A stretch of DNA of 64,000 bases from Eledone cirrhosa (Eukaryota): NCBI GenBank assembly GCA_964016885.1, contig OZ024740.1, positions 105,524,001 to 105,588,000 on the forward strand, written 5' to 3'. A program made the position numbers and the translations under genes. Numbering within the stretch: position 1 is the stretch's first letter; each line of letters begins with the position of its first letter. Positions 53,040-64,000 of this stretch are shown piece after piece. The notes below the pieces were generated by a model. The model made no database searches and was not told the DNA's origin. It saw only the letters and a program-made list of their open reading frames with translations.

Positions 53040-53480
53040 GAATATTTAGGTGGTCCACAGTAACATTTTAATGTATTTATCTTTTTAATAATATTCATAT
53101 TAGTGGCCGCGGGATTTAAAATTATGAATTTAGTGGTCCGTGAAGTCCGAAAAGTTGGCGACTGCCGCTGTATATTTCGTGTGGGTTTTATCATTGATGT
53201 TCTTCAGTTTACAACACTTGAGGCAAATTACTGTAGCAACAGTACTATGCAAAATGTTCGTACAACCTGATACGAAAATAGACACGGTTTTGAAAGGAGC
53301 GTTGTGCACTTGATTGTCTATATATGGAATAAACTTCCAGAAATACCCGTGAGACTCATTTCGGTTGACAAGATACGAGCATTCAAAGACACTTTTTATT
53401 ACTTGGGTCATCTGAAATCTAGTGATCCGTTGAAACCTATTGTCAATAACGTTATTGTTTAGTAAATGCATATTTAATTT
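53040..53480 (+). mobile_element. Decayed CR1/L2-like LINE 3' fragment
   Basis: SLQHLRQITVA and IWNKLPEIPVRLISVDKIRAFK resemble the SL..RR and WN.LP...FK terminal motifs. Confidence 0.4.
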
Positions 53481-54262
53481 CATTCCTTGCGTTTTCTGTA
53501 TAAAAATCACTGATGTCAGTTTGGCCATTCAATAAATAAAATTCCATTGTAGGGCAGTGAACTTCTAGAATCGGTAGAACATCGATCAGTGAAGTATTTG
53601 TTTCAACACATTGCCTTCTGAGTTCAACTCATATCGTGGCCATCATGGCAAGCATTCGAGAGAGGTTTCTGATTTAATGATACCTTCATGTGCCCCTCCC
53701 TTCTCCTACCTATCTTGGAATCACTGAAAAGTGTCATGGACACCGCCCTGCCTCGTGACAATGCGCTACAAAAACCAGGGCTGTTCGAAAGATGTTTAGC
53801 AGAACACTGCGTTTTCTTTTATTTCAAGCTCATAGTTGACTAAATAAAATCATCCAATCACACAATTATAGATTGTTATTGCGTTACGACAGCACAGATC
53901 ATGACTTAAGAAATCATTTCCTAGTTCTTAGATAATTTATTAGCCTCAGTGGTTTAAAACGTAGCAAGTAGTTTATAAAGATTCAATTCAATGCAAAGAG
54001 TATTCTCGACGAAACGCCAACAGAGAATTACACGAAATTTCTAAATGTTGTTACATACAGATTCATGTTAAAATTCCTTCTTGGCAGAAATGAGATTCAA
54101 AGGCAACAGACACGACTTGTTAACAAAAGTTGTAACATTAATGAAAGAAAACTGTGGCATAAGTAAGATGGACAATTATACAAATTGTTTCTATTATCAA
54201 GAAAACACTGATGTCTATATTTCTCTCTCTTTCGAAAATATATATGTATGTATATACAAATC

Positions 54263-54296
<34 letters not shown>

Positions 54297-54460
54297 CATA
54301 CACACACAGATATATATATATGCATGTATATATGACTGTAAGTTTGAATGTTTGCAGATACAAAATATACAACACAATACTTCAGGGGATAGCTTGTATA
54401 TATTATAAATTAGTTGACTAGTTAATTCTGATTTAATTCCAAGTGAATCTTATATATATA

Positions 54461-54570
<110 letters not shown>

Positions 54571-54834
54571 AAAAATACGGGTTAGGAGGCGAGGCTGTGT
54601 GTTTACTGAAAATGAAGTGTTAGAAGGTAATCGGGACACAAACAAGAGAAGAAAAGTTTCCCTTCGTCAACTGTTTACTATGGAGCTTGGATGTTTCGGC
54701 GCTTAAAACAGAACAACGATCCGTAGCGCGCCCAGGTCTTTTAACTATCAAAAGGCCATGAGGAAAAGAAGTGATAGTGGAGAGAGAGGAAGAAAGAAAA
54801 AGGAAAGAAGAAAAAAGGAATATATATATATATT

Positions 54835-54897
<63 letters not shown>

Positions 54898-55311
54898 GTG
54901 TGTGTGTGTGTGGTATGCGTGTGCGCGTGTGTATGTGTGTGTATATACATAACCTTTTTTTACCTAACATTACCCAACTTCAACAACCCTAAATACATCA
55001 CACAAAAAATAGTTACACAATTAAATTAAAAAAACTCCTTAACCCCGGATGGATAGACTACAGGAGGCTTAGACCCCAAATCATGCCGGGTGTTACAACA
55101 GCATTAGTATGACTCGATCAGGAGTTCACTATACATGAGCACTTATGTATGTATGGAATGTAACTCCTTGTCGAGTTGTAGTGGCACCGTAATATGGCGT
55201 GACTTGGGAAATTAAAACCAATTAGAGTGTATCCCTTTTCAAATTTGAACACAGCTGATTTATTCCATTGAAGGAGAGTAAATGGTAAAAAAAGGGGAGA
55301 AAAAGATATAG

Positions 55312-55480
55312 AGGAGTAATTAACTCCAGTACTTGAGTGGTACTTTATTTTTCGACTTCCAATGGATGAGAAACAAAGATGACCTTGGCGAGATTTGAAC
55401 TCAGAGCTTAAAGGTCCAGAACGAATACCGCAAAGCATTCTGCTTGTAGCAGCACTTACTACGGACAGTAACATTCCAGC
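55312..55480 (-). mobile_element. Old SINE copy
   Basis: ACTCCAGTACTTGAGTGGTACTTTATTTT..CGAC...GACCTTGGCGAGATTTGAACTCAGAG. Confidence 0.75.
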
Positions 55481-56114
55481 TGAATAAATCAACAAACGAT
55501 GATTTAGTAGATTTTATCATTCCAATGTACATCGATAAATTCATAATGAAGTTAAATATACAAACAGCAAAAACAAGCTTAAAAGATTTAAATGTTTGTC
55601 ATGAACACGACATACCAATAAGAAACAAAATCACATTTTGGTTAAATTCTTTGAATCTGGACTGTACAAACATTGTTACAGCAAATATATTTCTTAAAAG
55701 CAACAGCATTCCTTAAAGTCCATTGAATAAATGCCGAGATATCTAAAGTATGTTACAGCCAAAATAGTGTTTGCAGTCACAAGTCAATGATACTAAAACA
55801 AACATGATAAATAAGGAAACATTAAATAAAAGGTAAGAGACACAAAGGAATCAGATAAAGATACAACGAAGAGATGAACAGGAAAAACATTTACATAGCA
55901 ATATGAAAACTATTAGAAAAGAGGAACATTAGATAATGATTTTTTACGTATGATGACGTATGATGACATTCTCTTGGAAGATATGAAAACAAAAACTGAC
56001 TCTGATCAAACATTTTAGCGAAGAAAACTACACACACATATATATTATATATATGTATACATACATGCGTACACACAAGCAATAATCTGTCTGTCTCTCC
56101 CTCCTCTCTATCTC

Positions 56115-57200
<1,086 letters not shown>

Positions 57201-57592
57201 TGTGTGTGTATTATATACGTATGTGTGCGTGTCTGTTTGTGTGTATGAGTTTGAATCTGTGAGTGTGCAAGCGTATGCGCGTATGTGTTGTTTTATAAAG
57301 TTTATCCAATTTTACCACATTTTACCAATTGCTGTTAATTCTATTTTTATTTAGTTTTCCGAACTCCTCTGGATTATACCTTACCTGAGGGTTCATACGT
57401 CATTCCCGACAGGAAAGACCATCATGTATATGTTTCTATTAAATAATTAATAGAAGCACTGTACAAAGTTTCTTTTATTTCATATAAAGGCAGACGTACG
57501 GGATTATTAAGCACACATCTTTGGCTTCGACTTGAAATGTAGGCATTCTGATTAAACCGCATGTCTTTCTTTCTGTAATCATATATATATAT

Positions 57593-58049
57593 ATTAGAAT
57601 TGGTGCTCTGAAATAGCGATATATATATGAATGTATATATAGTGTATTTTGCAATACCCTGTATGCTTAATTAAAAGCATTTCGAAGACGTTACGCTATT
57701 GATTTAGAGTTGTGACAGTCTCACTTACTTTAAATTTTCAGCAAACAGGAGAGATAAAGCTGACAGAGCCCTGTTTCGTACTGATTCGTACTTATCAAAG
57801 CCAAGTACTCCACCTGTTTGCTGAAAATCATGAATGTTTGATTCTTATAGATTCATACAGTGTATTGCAAAATACACTATATATACATTCATATATATAT
57901 CGCTATTTCAGAGCACCAATTCTAATTTTCAATTTCTGCTTGTCCGGCAACCGCTCTGTATAATCAGTTCCTGATTATTACTAGAATTCTATAAGAATCA
58001 AACATTCATGATTTTCAGCAAACAGGTGGAGTACTTGGCTTTGATAAGT
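57593..58049. repeat. Interlocked inverted repeats (57593-57665/57854-57926 and 57790-57850/57989-58049)
   Basis: Direct reverse-complement matches. Confidence 0.85.
57758..57802 (-). ncRNA. Hammerhead with U3-A8 core (UUGAUAA), GUC site
   Basis: On the minus strand: GGCT-TTGATAA-GTAC GAATCA GTAC-GAAA-CAG GGCT CTG-TC-AGCT. Confidence 0.78.
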
Positions 58050-58223
58050 AACACTTTACAAATTATTCCCTGAGATTGTTTCATGTGTTTATTTTATATA
58101 TATATGTGTCAATCTATTTCTAGTTGATATAAAATGCTCGGATCTGTTCATTGGAATCTTTGAGCTTATTCTGCAGTGAATATGGCGCATGTCTCTCAGA
58201 CATGACAACCTTAATTTAATTGT

Positions 58224-58262
<39 letters not shown>

Positions 58263-58319
58263 GATAAATATAAGTTTAATATAAGGAACTGTTTCATTGT
58301 TTTATTCATTATTTTTTAA

Positions 58320-58362
<43 letters not shown>

Positions 58363-58739
58363 ATCTGATTAATTTCAACATCTGTAATCACTTCATAAGA
58401 AGTCAGTTATTCACTTTACTGTCTACAGAACAGAGAGAATAGTAGCTTAAAGCTGTTTATACTTTACACAAACTTGGTCTGTCTTAATTTGCAGATCAGT
58501 GCAAGCGTAGGCAACGTTGATTAATTAATTGATTAATACAAGCATTTCACAGCGTAATATGTTTTAAAATAAACATACGGAGAGGATATTTTTAGGTCAA
58601 CTTAGATCATTCGGTATATCCAGGAATACATAATAACATGTTTCCTTCTCTTTTCTATCCGTTTCTTTTAAGATGGTAGGATGTGATCTGAGTTATATAT
58701 GCCTACTATTTGGAGCAGGTCAAGTGACCGCATAGATGC

Positions 58740-58830
<91 letters not shown>

Positions 58831-59880
58831 TTGCATATAAGTAGTGAAGATTCATCGCATAAAGAATGCGTTGTATGAATTTAATCTTCTTTAAAAGAAA
58901 AATAACTAATAAATAAACAGACAAACAGAAATAATCAAAGAGAAAAGCATTAAAAAAGAAACACAAAAGTATTATTTGGAAAAAAATGTAATCTCCACTA
59001 ATTTTGATAGTGAAATGGATGACAAAATCTTCGGTAATTGATTTAATACGGCTTAATAAGGTAAAGTAATCATTTAAGTCATCGGAGTCAGGAAAAGATG
59101 AATGAGTACGTAAAACAAGTAGACAAAAGAAAAACAAAGCAGAAAAATGAATGAAAAATATGACATTTTTATTGATTATAAATGTTCACCAGTCTATTAT
59201 TGTCGATGAAACGTCTATAATTTAGCAACATAGTAACCAAAATCATTAGAATAAATATGAAAGAAAATCAGCAATTGATAGCGCAGACGACTCCTGATTT
59301 CTAAAGATGTAGATCCTAGAGTGAAACTTGGACTGAATACATATACTGGAATATAAAGATGTTACATTCTCATTACTAATTGAAAAGAATTTCTTTTTAT
59401 CGCTTAGTCAGGAAGACTAAATGTTCATGACCATTTTCAAGGGCCACCAAAACTGTTAGGGTGGGTGAAGATACTGTCAAATCCAAGACTTGAGCCAAAC
59501 TCTCACAATAAAGTTGGCTAGGCGCCAAAGGACGATGTAATGGGGTTAAACTGGGCAACCGGTTGAGTCTGTACACCACAATAGATTTTGAACCTGGAAC
59601 GCAAATAACTGAAACAAATACCGCATAGAACCTTGTCCGACGCCATTGTGGCACCGTCTATCCACCACTCCTCACTGTTACTTTATCCTGAATGCAAAGC
59701 AACGTTGACATCGGCAAGATTTGTACTCTTAAAGCAGTTATAAATACCACAAAACATTTCGTCTGACTCTCTAGCGCTTCCGCCATATACGTCGCCTAAA
59801 CTCAGTGGACTGCAGGATAATGAGACATTGACTATGTACTTCTCACACTGAATATTTCAGTGATATGAACCTACACTAAA

Positions 59881-62280
<2,400 letters not shown>

Positions 62281-62581
62281 TATTATCTGATAAAACCCAG
62301 ACACTGAACTAATCAGTAGTGATCTATGCTAGCACAAATCAATGAGTAACAACCGTAAATTTAAACAAGCTTTTATGCCATGATGAAACAAGAATCCTGA
62401 CCATAATTTTCGATCAACTTATCTCGCCTGAAAGAGAACAACTGGCAAATATTTATTCTAGAACTGAGAATGAAGGTTTGGTCCAATAATAATCAAGTAG
62501 CTTGGTCATAGACGCAACGTAGCGTCAATCATGAAATGGAAAATGCGGTTTCTAGCATCAATGCGCTAACATGGTGGAATG

Positions 62582-62640
<59 letters not shown>

Positions 62641-62802
62641 GTATGTATGTATGTATGTATGTATGTATGTATGTATGTATGTATGTATGTATGTATGTGT
62701 ATGCATGTATGTATGTGTATGTGTGTTGGTATGTATGTATGTACGCACGTATGTGTGTTTATATGTGTGTATGTATGTATATATGTATGTATGTATGTAT
62801 GC

Positions 62803-63425
62803 ATGTCAGGTCACCAGTTGGTGCTACTGGTAACATGTATCCCAGTACAACCTGTCCCATGGTCGGGTCGTTGGCGACTAAACTGGTAACCCCACCAAGG
62901 TTTCCTGGTGAGGAGGGTGACTTTGGACATCCTGCAGGACTAAAAACAAAACCTGTCAAAGAGCAAAGGAGCTCTTAAGAGTCAATCGCCATCCAAAATC
63001 ACCGGGAGAAATTACCCCTTAGCCTTTGTCAAAGCAGAATTCTAGGAGAAGGAAAACTATGATATAACATCTGCAACTCTGATGGTATCCAATTATGTTG
63101 ACTTGTTCTTCGTTTTGGTAAATATCATCTTGGTTAAGAGAGTGGGACTGGCTTTGTGCAGTGCCTTTACTCACTATAAAAGCTTCACGGCACAGGCATT
63201 GCTTTATATCTGGAGATCTCTCTGCACTTGTCGTCACATGGTACGACGGGCTCAGCACTGTGTCAATAATTGTCACAAGTGTAGTGCTTGTACCAGAGTT
63301 TTCAAGTCACTGGCTGGACTAAAAAGTCACACTCGTCAGCGCATCGGTAGGCGTTCTCCTACATGGATATAAAGTAGTGGCCGTACTCGAAAACGAGTTG
63401 GCAGCCACCATGTATGTATGTATGT
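62803..63425 (+). mobile_element. Second copy of the bipartite RTE-like element, inside (ATGT)n
   Basis: Collinear with 60957-61590. Encodes HKCSACTRVFKSLAGLKSHTRQR (C2H2 zinc-finger-like LINE C-terminus). Confidence 0.65.
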
Positions 63426-64000
63426 GTGTGTGTTGGTATGTATGTACGCACGTATGTGTTTGTATGTGTGTATGTATGTATGCAGGTACTTATGTGTTTG
63501 TATATATGTGTGTATGTATGTATGAGTATATGTGTGCATGCATGTGTGTGTGTATATGTATATATGTATATATGTATATAAGTATGTGTGTGTATGTATG
63601 TATAAATGAATTATGTATTATGTATGTGTGCATGTGTGTATATGTATGTGTATGTATGTGCATATGTGTATGCATGTATGTATGTGTATATCCAAGTATG
63701 CCCGTCTATGTGTGTCCGTCTGTTTATTTTAAAACAAATTAAAACCACCATTGTTTTTACGTTGTGTTCTTTTACGTTTAAAGGGCCGGTAACTAAGCGT
63801 TCCAATAAAGAACGACCGATAAAATGAGTATTACCATTTGATAAACTGATTAGTAACCTTGATTAAAGTAGTGCTTGAGTAGGACGGTCGCAATCCAACG
63901 TCTGGAAGCAATAACAGGAGTACACGTCCTTGAAAGAGTTACAGTTCATTTTCTAATCACCTGATACTTGGTGTAAAACAAACAGAAATAACAAACAAAC

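Noticed and set aside
59397-59654. 85-aa minus-strand ORF
   Set aside because: Probably a very decayed LINE 3' fragment, too weak to call.
62806-62892. HDV-like ribozyme in the RTE-like 5' end
   Set aside because: P2-, P3- and P4-like pieces are visible, but I could not assign P1 or the correct nested topology by eye.

Overview
AT-rich, microsatellite-dense animal genomic DNA. It is most likely Octopus or another cephalopod, judged from the abundant tRNA-derived SINE and the (TA)n/(CA)n landscape; this is an inference. No intact host gene is evident, apart from one weak exon candidate. The window is a graveyard of mobile elements: RTE-, Tx1- and CRE-like LINE remnants, a Pif1-bearing Helitron plus non-autonomous Helitron-like elements, hAT remnants, about 11 SINE copies, and at least four Penelope-like elements (PLEs) with RT and/or GIY-YIG coding remnants. 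Most long ORFs in the supplied track are microsatellite artefacts. The main hidden signal is non-coding: about 15 distinct Type-I hammerhead-ribozyme-like motifs, plus mirror and tandem copies, all folded by eye. Several have non-canonical cores (U3-A8, U4C, U4A, G12A, long covarying stem II). They sit in PLE 3' termini, in fold-back palindromes embedded in (TA)n tracts, and in a 420-bp retrozyme-like tandem that also carries an unrecognised covarying RNA motif.
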